The position numbers were made by a program, and so were the translations under genes. Positions 26,078 through 38,735 of a DNA stretch of 64,000 nucleotides are shown piece by piece. The stretch is from NCBI RefSeq assembly GCF_009914755.1, contig NC_060927.1; one strand, 5' to 3'. This DNA is from the human T2T-CHM13v2.0 reference genome, Homo sapiens. Numbering within the stretch: position 1 is the first letter of the stretch; the number at the start of each line of letters is the position of its first letter. The notes below the pieces were generated by a model that had not been told where the DNA came from, did not search any database, and worked only from the letters and a program-made list of their open reading frames with translations.

Positions 26078-26255
26078 AAACATTACATTCAGTGTAAAGG
26101 CTTTAACCATCATAATCACCATGATATAATATGTGAGTATGTATATGTAAAAAAATACCCATTGAACATAAAATTATGTTTTGAAATCTATGCAACATGA
26201 AATATAGTTTGATATAAAAAACCCAACTAATCAGAAACATGAAAACCAGTATGTT

Positions 26256-26434
26256 TTAATAAAAGCCTGTTGCTGGTTCTGGAATAACTGTGGCATGCAT
26301 GTTCCTAGTCATGTTGGACTTCTCCTTCAGCTTTGATTGGAGTAGTGTGTGTTCCACAATGCCAATTCTAATGTCCATCTCTACAGTTTCTTGCTTCAGT
26401 TTTGTTAAGCTCTGTTTAATCTTCACCAAAGGAG
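26256..26434 (-). CDS. IFT57: IFT57 last coding exon (APLVKIKQSLTKLKQETVEMDIRIGIVEHTLLQSKLKEKSNMTRNMHATVIPEPATGFY*)
   Basis: Matches the C-terminal part of ORF 26256..26531. Acceptor tcattctgcag (AG at 26436-26435), phase 1 matching the upstream exon. TAA stop at 26258-26256. Confidence 0.97.
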
Positions 26435-27441
26435 CTGCAGAATGAAAATAACATGAAATAAAAATGTTCATTTGGAGTATCAGTGTATTACAGAATTGTA
26501 TGACATTTTCCTCACTTTGTCTTAAGCCCAAAATAGGGTTAAAAATATAGCCAAAAACTTACTGACATTCACACAGTTTTGCTGTGGCATTTTAAGCACC
26601 TGAGATTTTTTAGGATGGAAAAATGATGTAGTGTTTGATGTATTGAGACTAAACTTTCTTCCTTTTCTAGGGGAAAGAGCTGCTAAACAGGTGTTTAAGG
26701 ATGTGTTCAAGATGATTTTATGAGCTAGTATATTTGTCTGTAGGAAAAGGAAATACAAAAGGGGAAAAGGGGAAGAGAGAATTATCTTTGAGATGTAGAT
26801 AATGGGCCCACTTAAAACATATTGCAAAAAAAAAATCCTAAACATTCCCTTTTGCAAGATCATTCAGTATATATCAATAGAACTCTAGAAAATTTTTCTA
26901 GGGCATAGAAAAGCCTTCGGCAATCACTACTGGCCCATATCAAAGTAACCTGCTCACAATGGAGGATGATTACCAGAGGATGATTAATTCTTCTCTATTT
27001 GACCCCTGCCCAGTCAGTTCTACTGGGGAGGAGGGAAAATAAACTACGGGTTATCACATCACTGCCTTAGTGTCATTTGGGCATATACTTAGTGCCCTTT
27101 TGTATATAAAATAGAAAAAGTGAAGCTCATTTGATGAAAACAGAACACAATATTATTTTTTAAACTGGCATAACAAAGTACATATTTAAATATTTCCCAC
27201 TCTTTGAATCAATAGTTTGAATGTTAAAAACCTCTAAATTATAGTTAAAAAGCCTACCCTTCTCAGCTGATTTATAAGAAAAACAGTACGCTGATTATCA
27301 GACATTTTTGTACAATGAATCTCTCTTCAAACAAGCAACAAATAATTTGTTTTATATATTAATACTATTTTGTTAAGTAGGTTTCTTGAAGAGCTATTTT
27401 TCTCTTGCTCAGTTTTTCCCCTAAAATGAGCATGTACTTAC

Positions 27442-27508
27442 CACCATCAGTCATGCTGCTGCCCTTTTCTTCCATTTCTTGTTTTACCTTTTCTAATTCT
27501 TCCATAAC
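27442..27508 (-). CDS. IFT57: IFT57 internal coding exon (probably exon 10; VMEELEKVKQEMEEKGSSMTDG + first base of next codon)
   Basis: Manual translation. Acceptor ttttcatgaaag, donor GTG|GTAAGT. 67 nt, phase 0-1. Confidence 0.97.
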
Positions 27509-29209
27509 CTTTCATGAAAACAAGTTTTCATGAGCATTACATTTTAATAAACTTTCACAATTTTTGAATTATGTATTAAGAAAATGTAATTTAGATATTA
27601 GCCACACATATAGAAAAATAAAGATATTAGGAATATTTTGGACATAATTCAAATAATATAAAGTATGCAGATATACAAAGCTTTTCAGTTTTTCAGAATG
27701 CTCCTAATGTTAAACTTCACCAAATGGCTGTCACATCTGTTTTCTCATGTTGCAATATACTAAACACAATCAAAGTTGTTTTAGTCACTAGACACTCAAA
27801 CCTCGCAATTATCTCATCGCATATACTTTGAAATTCTCTAATAACTGGTTATTAATTAAAATAGTATAAACATCCTGAAGAGATTTTAGATTTCTAAAGC
27901 TTTTCTGGGTATCTTTCTTAATATTATAGTTCTATAAGACATTATGTCACTTTTTCCTCTATAGGACACTAAAAAATGTTTATATCATATGGCTATATAT
28001 AAGAATATTCTTATTGCTTTATCCAAATCATGAACTCCGAACTCCAAGGAGGCATACTTTGCTGTCACACTTGTTCCTATCTGCACTCTATCTGGCGATT
28101 ATACTACTATAACCTCTATTATTAGCAAAATTCCAAACCAGCATTAATATAAGTAGAAAATACTATCTTTAAGAAATTGAAAATTTTTTACATGATCTAC
28201 AACTAAGCTATAATTATTGTGACTTAGTAGGCTTTATTTTTATCATACTGGTGAGTAAAACTTTCCCTGGGAATAAAGTGCTCATCCAAGTAAAGCAAAT
28301 TAATTTTTTCAGGCATCTGAAATGTTACAACTGGGGATAACTATCTACTCCAAAAGAAGTAAATGGTTCCCTGGACTCCCTTCAAGTGTTAATTTACCTA
28401 ACATAAGTGAACACTTTACTTCTACATACTGTTTTATTTGCTTAGAAGCACCACAGGATTACAGTCTAAATATTTCTGATGTTATATTTTTAGTGTTTTA
28501 AAATAACTTTATTCCTCAAATAATCTCTATAAAAGAGGTTTAATTCTTTCCTGTCAAAACAGTAAAGTTTGTTCCAATTATACTGGATTGTAACCAAAGA
28601 TCATCTTGGATTTTAGTCCCAAATAAACTACTGACCTTTTTTCAAGGTTTTTTCCTCCTTTGGCTCTTCAGTGAAAAATGGGAATATATATCAGGTCCTA
28701 CCTCTCTTGCAAGATCATAAAAATAAATGCAACTATTTATTTTTATGCAAATATTCTAAAGGAGGAGGTTATAAGCCACTCCCAATTGTGGACAGAGAAA
28801 TACACCCAGGATCACACACAAATTATCAATAACAGTCACTAAAAATAAACCTTATATCTTGCAGACTAACGTTAAAATTTGTTATAGATTCCTTAAGTCA
28901 ATGCTTTACTATTCATCCCCATGTTAATAATAATTATTATGTAAAAAATGTTGAGGAAAATTATAAGTGTGCTAATATTATGAGCAGGTTTTATGTTGAA
29001 TTTAATACAGAAACTTCAGGCATCCTGTGGAAACAAGAAATGTATCAATTATTGATTCAGTCATAGGAAAATTAGGGATTATCTCCTAAAGAAAATGATT
29101 TAAAGGCACAGGAAGCAACTGAAATTAGCAGTGTTAAACCATCTGTAGGTTCTCAATGGCTGGGGCCCAGCTGACAGGTGAGAAGCAGGGCAAGAGCATC
29201 AGTGTGTAC

Positions 29210-29272
29210 CTCAGAGAGGAGTCTGGTTCTTTCCGTCACTCCTCCATTTCCCTGCTGGTATCGCTCCTTTGC
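29210..29272 (-). CDS. IFT57: IFT57 internal coding exon (probably exon 9; AKERYQQGNGGVTERTRLLSE)
   Basis: Manual translation. Acceptor ttttcctctcag, donor GAG|GTACAC. 63 nt, phase 0-0. Confidence 0.97.
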
Positions 29273-30632
29273 CTGAGAGGAAAAACATTTTGTTTAATGG
29301 CAAATTCAAAGCAGCAGCAGATTAAATACGACTGACCTCTTTGTGTTTGCAATTTCTGCAGGTCATTTTATGACAACCCTGCTCCTTGTTTGTGAATACA
29401 TTTGTGAAAGTGACATTTAACTGTAGCTGTTTTATGTCCCTAATAGGCAGCATGTATTTAACTAAGTACTACAAAATGATGAACTACCTTAACCTTCACA
29501 AACTGACTGTGTACCTCGCATGGGCATGGTTCACAATAAAAACTGTCCTTGGTCATTCCTAAACAGTTTAGGAGAGGGGCTCTTGGTCAATCTAATTTGC
29601 ATGCTCCGCAGAGAAAGTCCGTTCTAAAACCAAAAATCAATCAAAGTAGAGCATGAAGCTCAATGATGAATAAGGATTAACATCCCGTAAGACAGTACAC
29701 TCAACTGGAGTATGTCAGAAACTAACAATCAATTATATAATATTAATATTAGACAAATACATGGTGGCTTTGATCAGAGAGTTTTACATCATTTTGATAG
29801 TTAAAATATTCATAAGTAATTGTGTATATGAAGGAATAATACATTTAACAAATAACATCAAAAAGTGTAGATTTCTATTTAGTCTTTGAGGACTTCTGAA
29901 AGTATAGAAGTATCTCAAATTTACTTCTACTTTTTTCTCTTTCTCAACTTTGTCTGCTGAAGACAAAAAATATGCCTTCAACTGATGTTTGCAACTGTCC
30001 TTACTAGCCTTCTTTAACATCAGAAAATAGGGGGCACAAATCCCAAAGGAAAGCTTTTAGATCCCTACTGCTGGGACAAAGAACTGGTGCTTTCAAAGTC
30101 TAGTGATTTTATTTTTTGGTTAAAATTCTAAAACTTTGAAAGAATGAAAAATTTGTCTCATTTTATTAATTAAACTGCTTGTCTCTGAATGTATCTTGCT
30201 TTCACATTCCTTATTATGTGGTTGTAAGCCAGAATGGCAAGGACTGTCTTTTTCCTTTGACACATGTAAATGCATACTATTCTTCTTCCTCCTACGCCAA
30301 TGGTAAATTAACAACAGACTTATAGAAGCAAAACCAGGTGTCCTGATACTCTGTTCCTGTTCTAAGCTATGTTCCCCCAACAGCATATGCCTTCATTTAC
30401 TTAAATCAAATGAAGACGTGCATTTAAAGACTTCCAGGAGAAAACAACTTCTATTACATGTGAAATGGAAATAAGTTCACTCGGCTCTCTTGGCTTCCTA
30501 AAGTGGGCAGAAAATTGATGTTTTGCTGTTCATGAAAAGCATTTCATGATTCTCAAATGAACAGTATTGTGTCAAGTTTAGGGTTTAGGGTTGTTAACTT
30601 GAATAAATCCTTGGAAATCATTCTTAAATTAC

Positions 30633-30764
30633 CTCACTCAGCTGGGCTTGAGCTGCACGATATTCTTGAACCAAATTCTCAAGCTGATTGTTGATGTACT
30701 TTTCTCGGCTGCTGATCTTTTCCAAAGTCCTAGTAATTTCATTATGGAGTTTGTCCAAAAATCC
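30633..30764 (-). CDS. IFT57: IFT57 internal coding exon (probably exon 8; GFLDKLHNEITRTLEKISSREKYINNQLENLVQEYRAAQAQLSE)
   Basis: Manual translation of coiled-coil sequence. Acceptor tttctag, donor GAG|GTAATT. 132 nt, phase 0-0. Confidence 0.97.
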
Positions 30765-31571
30765 CTAGAAATTCCATGGAATTTGCAGATAGAAGAACTC
30801 ACAAACATATTTTTTCAAAAATATTAAAAATGGGTTACATCTCAATCCATTCTACAAATAATCAACTACATGTGCAAAAGAAGACAGCTTGAAATTTTCA
30901 ATAGCACAAAATATCTGTGATGAGAAATATTTTAACCACACTTAGAAGAGTTTTAGAATAAAAATGCACCTGGCAGTGTTAGTCAATTCATTTGTCATTA
31001 TACATACCATAAAATTTATGTGACTATAATTAGCATTATATAACATTCACAATCAAAGTAAGGGAATAACGTGAGTTTCCTATAGCACGATTCAAAGGTG
31101 ACTGAAATATTCCAGTTGGAAATAGATCCCTAAGCCTATAGCTCTAGCCTGGGACACATAACTTTTCAGTCTAGCTTTGCTTCTTTGTGACATTCTCCAA
31201 AGTCCTTGTTTCTGGCAGGACAGCAAGCCTGCGGAGGCTGTAAGTTCTAGACCTTGCTGGTCTGGTGTTCTTTCCTCCTTTAAGATTCAGAGAGGAAAGG
31301 ATGATGAAATGTTTCTCTCTAATATATGTATTATCTATATATTATACATATATATCTTATATATATACATATATATAGCTTTTATTAATATGTAAGTTAG
31401 CTTTCTTTAGTTGGTTTAAATGTAAGGTCAGTTGAAATGTAACACGGTACATTCAATTAGTAAGTTCCTTAAAGGCAAAAATTGTGTCTTTTTATTCTTT
31501 CATGTTCTCTTATAACAGGTGTTCCACAGATGAGTAAATGTACATTGATTCACGTAAAGTAATTCATATAC

Positions 31572-31643
31572 CTTGGTCTCCTTTAGAGCAGATTCAATTC
31601 CACTTCTGTGCTGGTGCATTTGGTCAACATGGATTCTCCAATC
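31572..31643 (-). CDS. IFT57: IFT57 internal coding exon (probably exon 7; DWRIHVDQMHQHRSGIESALKETK)
   Basis: Manual minus-strand translation continues the previous exon in frame. Acceptor ctgtag, donor AAG|GTATAT. 72 nt, phase 0-0. Confidence 0.97.
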
Positions 31644-32262
31644 CTACAGGCATAGAGCACATAGAAATAATGTAAAAAATACTACATTTCCATCTTTCCC
31701 TACTTCTTGTGAAGTTGTAACCTTTAATTACTTTGGTTCCTGCCCTATTTCAGGTGGGATAGCCCTATTTATAGCTTGCAATCAGATTATAAAGAAATAT
31801 GTGTAGAGCACTTTAGGATAAAAGGTTCTAAATAAATGTAAATTATTTCACGTGTTCACAGAGTGATGTCTGACAATTTAAATTATTCCTGCACTGCTGG
31901 TGGTTAATATTTATGACTACCCATTAAAATGAAAAAAAAATTCTAATTACTAGAAAAGAACTACTTGTTTAAGCAGTAACAATTATGTTTGCCAAAAGCA
32001 ATTCTGAACTCAAATATCATATATCAAAGATTAGTTTGTCCCTTGGAAATGAAAATGGGGCCCTCATCTTCATGAAGCCTTTTGAGTCCCTTTCTTAATA
32101 AAGGAAGTTTATAATGATTACTGGAGTTCATGTATTTTAAAATATCATCTATTACTACTAGACTGATCTGAATTAGTGTGCAAATTTGAAATCTACATCA
32201 ACATTTTAATTTCCTACAAAATATATTAAAAATATTTCAGTTTACTACAAAGTAATAATTTT

Positions 32263-34697
32263 TTATTTTATTTTACTTTAAGTTCTGGGATACATGTGCA
32301 GAATGTGCAAGTTTGTTACATAGGTATACTATGTGCCCTGGTGGTTTACTGCACCCATCAACCTGTCATCTAGGTTTTAAGCCCTGCATGCATTAGGTAT
32401 TTGTCCTACTGCTCTCCCTCCCCATCCCCCATCCCCCAACAGGCCTGGGTGTGTGATGTTCCCTTCCCTGTGTTCATGTGTTCTCATTGTTCAACTCCCA
32501 CTTATGAGTGAGAACATGCGGTGTTTGGTTTTCTGTTCCTGTGTTAGTCTGCTGAGAATGATGGCTCCCAGCTTCATCCATGTCCCTGCAAAGGACATGA
32601 ATTCATTCTTTTTTATGGCTGCATGGTATTCCACAGTGTATATGTGCCATACTTTCTTTATTCAGTCTATCATTGATGGGGATTTGGATTGGTTCCAAGT
32701 CTTTGCTATTGTAAATAGTGCTGCAATAAACATATGTGTGCATGTGTCTTTACAGTAAAATGACTTAAAAACCTTTGGGTATACACCCAGTAATGGGATT
32801 GCTGGGTCAAATGGTATTTCTGATTCTAGATCCTTGAAGAATTGCCACATTGTCTTCCACAATGGTTGAACTAATTTACACTCCCACCAACAGTGTAAAA
32901 GTGTTCCTATTCTCCACATCCTCACTAGCAGCTGTTGTTTCCAGACTTTTTTGATCACCACTCTAACTGGCATGAGATGGTATCTCATTGTGGTTTTGAT
33001 TTGCATTGCTCTAATGAACAGTGGTGATGAGCTTTTTATCATATGTTTTTTGGCCACATAAATGTCTTCTTCTGAGAAGCGTCTGTTCATATCCTTTGCC
33101 CACTTTTTGATGGGTTTTTTTTTTCTTGTAATTTGTCTAAGTTCCTTTAGATTCTGGATACTAGACTTTTGTCAGATGGATAGATTGCAAAAATTTTCTC
33201 CCATTCTCTAGGCTGCCTGTTCACTTGGATGATAGTTTCTTTTGCTGTGCAGAAGCTCTTTAGTTTAATTAGAGGCCATTTGTCAATTTTGGCTTTTGTT
33301 GCCATTGCTTTTGGTGTTTTAGTCATGAAGTCTTTGCCCATGCCTATATCCTGAATGGTATTGCCTAGGTTTTCCTCTCAGGTTTTTATGGTTTTAGGTT
33401 TTACATTTAAGTCTTTAGTCCATCTTGAGCTAATTTTTGTATAAGGTGTAAGGAAGGGGTACAGTTTCTGTTTTCTGTATATGGCTAGCCAGTTTTATCC
33501 CTGATGAACATCAATGTGAAAACCCTCAATAAAATACTGGCAAACCAAATCCAGCAGCACATCAAAAAGCTTATCCACCATGATCAAGTCAGTTTCAGCC
33601 CCAGGATGCAGGCTGGTTCAACATACACAAATCAATAAATGTAATCCATCACATAAACAGAACCAATGACAAAAACCACATGATTATCCCAATAGATGCA
33701 GAAAAGGCCTTTGATAAAGTTCAACACTCCTTCATGCTAAAAACTCTCAATAAACTTGGTATTGATGGAACATATCTCAAAATAATAAGAGCTATTTATG
33801 ACAAACCCATAGCCAATATCATACTGAATGGGCAAAAGCTGGAAGCATTCCCTTTGAAAACCGGAAAAAGACAAGCATGCCCTCTCACCCCACTCCTATT
33901 CAACATAGTATTGGAAGTTCTAGCCTGGGCAATCAGGCAATAGAAAGAAATAAAGGGTATTCAAATAGGAACTGAGGAAGTCAAATTGTCTCTGTTTGCA
34001 GATAACATAATTGCATATTTAGAAAACCCCTATGTCTCGGCCCCAAAACTCCTTAAGCTAATAAGCAACTTCAGCAAAGTCTCAGGATACAAAATCAATG
34101 TGCAAAAATCACAAGCATTCCTATATGCCAATAATAGACAAGTAGAGAGCTAAATCATGAGTGAACTTCTATTCACAATTGCTACAAATAAAATAAAATA
34201 TCTAGGAATACAACTTACAAGGGATGTGAAGGACCTCTTCAAGGAGAACTAAAAACCACTGCTCAAGGAAGTAAGAAAGGCCACAAACAAGTGGAAAAAC
34301 ATTCCATGCTCATGGATAGGAAGAATCAATATCATGAAAATGGCCATACTGCCCAAAGTAATTTATAGATTCAATGCTTTTCCCATCAAGCTACCATTGA
34401 CTTTCTACCCAGATTAGAAAAAACTACTTTAAATTTCATGTGGAACCAAAAAAAAAAACCCCATACAGCCAAAAAAATCCTAAGCAAAAACAACAAAGCT
34501 GGAGGCATCATGCTACTTGACTTCAAACTATGCTACAAGGCTACAGTAACCAAAACAGCATGATACTGGTACCAAAACAGATATACAGACCAATGGAACA
34601 GAATAGAGACCTCAGAAATAACACCACACATCTACAACCATCTGATCTTCGACAAACCTGACAAAAACAAACAATGGGGAAAGGATTCCCTATTTAA
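32263..34697 (-). mobile_element. L1PA7/8-type insertion with 5' inversion (3' part on - strand 32263-33496; inverted ORF2 part on + strand 33497-34697)
   Basis: ORF2 remnants occur on both strands (ORFs 32662..33090 -, 33147..33341 -, 33680..33943 +). 17-bp TSD tacaaagtaataatttt at 32246-32262 and 34698-34714. Confidence 0.93.
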
Positions 34698-35939
34698 TAC
34701 AAAGTAATAATTTTAAAAGAGTAATTGAGAAATACCCATTGTAAAAGAAAAATACAGTAAGTTAAAGTAAGTGATGCAACTAGGCTATTTCTTCATTGCA
34801 CATATCTGTTTGCATACCCTGATGCTCCACTTTGCTAACTACACTATTTTGTGAGTAAAAGGATATTTTGTGAATAGTCCCATTCTACCTATTATTTAAC
34901 TTTGAAATGGCCTAGTGACTGCAGGGTAAGAAACTGCTTGGGTACTTCAAATGTACCAATTATAAAATTATAATATATTAAAGCTGCAAAGAGCCTCAAA
35001 AAGCATCCAGTCTCACCCTTGTCATTTCACAGATAAGCAAACAGAGGCCTGGTGACAGCAAGGGGCACACCCAAGGCCACATAGCTATTGGTGCACCTGG
35101 ATAGAAGCCAAATGTAGTAATTTCCACACAACACATACTGGCAGTTTGACGTAAAGAAAGGGGGCAACTGGCTACCTGATAGTGAGGGTGCTAGAGTAGA
35201 AAACAAATCAGCACTTTCCTTTATCCTTAAGCATTTTTCTGTTTCATGAGCAAAAAGTATCGCAGAATTGGAGAGCTGAAAAGAACCTTAGAGATCATCT
35301 ATCCATCTACTTAACAATCATCTAGTGTAACGTTTTCATTTTATAGTTGAGGGGACTATTCACCACCCGTGACTATGACTACACAGAGTTGACAACGGAA
35401 CAAGGCCCCTCCAAGTCAGCTAATCAACACTGGAATAGAGAGGAGGGACAACTGGCTGGCCTTCTGCACCTGGACCAAATATGGTTGAGCCTCAAAATGG
35501 AAACCTATTGGAGCCCAAGTTAGCATCTTTATGAAAGAAAATGAACCTAACACGCATCATTATATTATCATTAATTTTTTTTGAAAAAGTACTCATCCTG
35601 CCTGGTTCCAAAAAGAATTTCAGAGGCCTTAATAAACACCAAGCTCAAGTATTTACATTGCTTCCCTCTTCCTAACAGTCTCTGTTTCTCTTTGCCTGTT
35701 TCTCTCCATATATATGTATTTAGAAAAATGCATACATACATACATATACAAATATATAGTTTTTATTATAATGGATATGTTAAAATAGTTTGTGTTCTGC
35801 TATTTCTACCCAGCATTATTTATAAATATATTTTTGCCATGCATTGACATTTAAAACATTTCGAGAGAAGCAACCATGCCTGACTCATTTAGGTATAACT
35901 ACGATAGTGTACACTGATGTAAAACTCCATGGAGGGGCT

Positions 35940-36660
35940 GGTATTTCTGTGGAACCTCGAAGCATGAGTAGCATTTCAACAGGCTGCAAAGATGTGCGGA
36001 GGAAGCATATTCTTGGCTGAGGGAGTAACATGAACAAGGAAAATACATGGAGACCAAGCAGCCAACAGCTGTCTAGCATGGAAAACACAAAGTTCTTGGG
36101 GATGGGCTGGGGAGGATGGATCACAAGAAAATAAAGCTGGAGAGAGAGGTTCAATTAGATCAAGGGCTTTGCTTATAACAACTAAAGAGTATAGATTTTA
36201 TTATGTACATAATGGGGAGCTATCAGATATTTTTGGTTTCAGTTTTAAAGATAAGTGTATGTTTTGAGAAAGTAACAGAGTAAAGGACTGATTAAAAAGG
36301 CAAGAGACTGAAGGCAGGTAGGGACCCAGTTAGAAGGCTAATAGTCCACATGATATAGATTAGCCAGGTCTGAATTAGAGCAATGCTTGTGAGAATAGAA
36401 AGGAAGGGATGCATCAAGGGACATTGTAGAGGCAGAACTAGCAAAACTTGAAGACTGACTAAAGTGAAGTACGCATATGGGGTGACTGAAGTGAAGGTGG
36501 GGTAGTAGAGACAATGTGTCTTTAAGGTTTCCAGCTTGAGGAACTGAGGGGATATTAATACTACAGTGTGACAAGAACAGCAGAGATTTTAGGGAAGTTA
36601 AAAATACTAGGAATTTGTGTTTGCACTTAAGTTTGATAAGCTACTGGGACATTCATGTAT
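35940..36660 (-). mobile_element. L2 fragment
   Basis: AATGGGGAGCTATCAGAT, GAGACTGAAGGCAGG..GACCCAGTTAGAAGGCTA and GGTTTCCAGCTTGAGGAACTG motifs. Confidence 0.65.
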
Positions 36661-37187
36661 TTATAAAGCCCATTAAAGTGTTGAGCCAGTGATGATTTGT
36701 AATTACCTGTGAGGCAAATCTGAATATTTGTTTTATTAAAATCTTCTAGATGGACACATGCCTGATATAAAGTTAAAGTCAAAAAGTATTCTTACCCTAA
36801 CTTCTAGAAATTATTCTCACAGAAATAATTGGGAATACACAAAGATTAATGTACAAGTTACTGATAAAAGTAAAACAGCAGAAAACTAAATATCTAACAG
36901 CAAAGGACAGATTAAATTAATTTTGTAATATTCATTCTACTACTAAAAATAATGTGGTATGATACTGTTTTTATAAATCTGGAAACCAAGTAAAACTCAG
37001 TGATACACTGTTTGGGGATACAAACATATGCAAACACACACACACACAAAGACACTGTATACAAACTTGAGGATAGTGATTACTGTGGGTGGGAAGGGGC
37101 AGCAGCAGAGGAGCACACAGCTAACTTCAGGTGGTAATGGTCTAGTTCTCAAGTTGGGGGTGTGTTTATTATTGGGCTTCATAATTA

Positions 37188-37541
37188 AAATTGCTTCTCA
37201 ACTTAAGATGGGGTACAACCTGATACACCCATCATAAGCTAAAAATATCCAGTCAAAATTGCATGTAATACACCTAACTTTCCGAACATATAGCTTAGCC
37301 TAGCTTACCTTCAATGTGCTTGAAAGGCTTACATTAGCCTCAGTTGGGCAAAACCATCTAACACAAACTCTACTTTATAATAAAATAGTGAATATCTCAT
37401 GTAATTTATTGAATGTTGTACAGAAATTGAAAACCAGAATGGAGGTCTGGGTGCTCAAAGCACAGTTTCTACTGAATGAATATCACTTTTACACCACTGT
37501 AAAGTCGAAAAATTGTTAAGTTGAACCATGGTAAGTCAGGG

Positions 37542-37548
<7 letters not shown>
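37188..37548 (+). mobile_element. MER47A DNA transposon
   Basis: GCTTCTCAACTTAAGATGGGGT...TAGCTTAGCCTAGC...GTAAAGTCGAAAAATT...GTAAGTCAGGGAC, about 360 bp. Confidence 0.85.

Positions 37549-37586
<38 letters not shown>
37546..37586. repeat. (TG)20 microsatellite
   Basis: Read directly from the sequence. Confidence 0.97.
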
Positions 37587-37593
<7 letters not shown>

Positions 37594-37776
37594 ATATAGT
37601 ATATTATATACAGTAATATTAAACATTAAAATGTTAAATTCATGTTCTCAAAAAATATTTAATGAACAGCAAACATGCATGCTAACAACATATATTAAAG
37701 TGGAAAATACAGTCTCAAAAAGAGTATTTTCATTAGGTGTCCTATTTAGTAAAAATCAGTATTTGCATATATTTGA

Positions 37777-37777
<1 letters not shown>

Positions 37778-37824
<47 letters not shown>
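37778..37824. repeat. (TG)23 microsatellite
   Basis: Read directly from the sequence. Confidence 0.97.
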
Positions 37825-37826
<2 letters not shown>

Positions 37827-38369
37827 AAGACAGGGATTTGAATATGGGTACTTTTAAATTTCTTCTTTACCATTCCAGAATATTCTAAATTTCCTATAAG
37901 GAAATTGTATTACTTTAATTATCAGGAAAAAAAGACAAAAACCTTCTAGATGCCCAAGAAGTTCTTGAAAGGGGTTTAATATAGTTATAATGGAAAAAAA
38001 TATAAATGATTATAACTGTGGCATTTTAAAAACATGAATATAAAAAGGCAAAATATATATCTTTTGAAAAACTATTAACATAACTGCGATAGTTAAAAGC
38101 TTTACAGAAGTTTGTGTCAAAATGAAGAAGAAGAAGTGGGTTTTAATGATATGTAAGGACTTGAAATCTATCTGGATCCCTGAAATAAATAACATTAAAA
38201 GGAACTGTTCAACAATAAGAGTAATTCTTACATTAGTAGAGAATCCATTAGATTACAATGCACTTTTATATGACTTCCTTTATTTGAGACTCCCAAAGGT
38301 TTGGAGAGATAAATAGATATTGTCATCTCTTCTTATACTTCTACCTTCTCTTTAAGAGGTTTATGAGAT

Positions 38370-38735
38370 TTGCTGGCTGGTTGTGGGACGAGAACACTTT
38401 CCTGCTTCATTGATGCTGACCTTCACTATGTGGTTCTCTTTAGCCAGTGGAATGATGGTGGACATGGTCTATGCCAGGATTGTGCAGAAGCTGTCAGAAA
38501 CATCCATTCATCTGCTCTCCTGCTCTTTCTTTCAGCCATGATAATAATAAGCATGCCCCACATAGGGACTATCCTTTCAGCCTGGGTCTGAGAGTAAGAA
38601 ACATAGAATCTAGCTGGAGCAGAGGTGCAGCTGAAGCAGATATCAGCAGATATGTATTGTATGTGAAAATAAATATGTTATTGCAAGCCACTGTGATTTG
38701 GGGGTTGTTTGTTATGCAGAAAAATTAACTACATA
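38370..38735 (+). mobile_element. MLT1I/J-type MaLR LTR
   Basis: CTTTAGCCAGTGGAATG, CCTTTCAGCCTGGGTC and AAATAAAT...GCAAGCCACTG.GATTTGGGGGTTGTTTGTTATGCAG motifs. Confidence 0.7.

Larger units (their letters stand above)
24590..26255 (-). other. IFT57: IFT57 3' UTR (long form; end approximate)
   Basis: Follows the stop codon and is largely repeat-free down to the distal AATAAA at 24612-24607. The end is inferred from typical signal-to-cleavage spacing. Confidence 0.6.

Noticed and set aside
26435-26531. N-terminal part of ORF 26256..26531
   Set aside because: Intronic read-through upstream of the acceptor at 26435/26434. Only the part from 26434 is IFT57.
32453-33943. ORFs of 64-142 aa resembling L1 ORF2p
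   Set aside because: Fragments of a truncated, inverted L1, not a gene.
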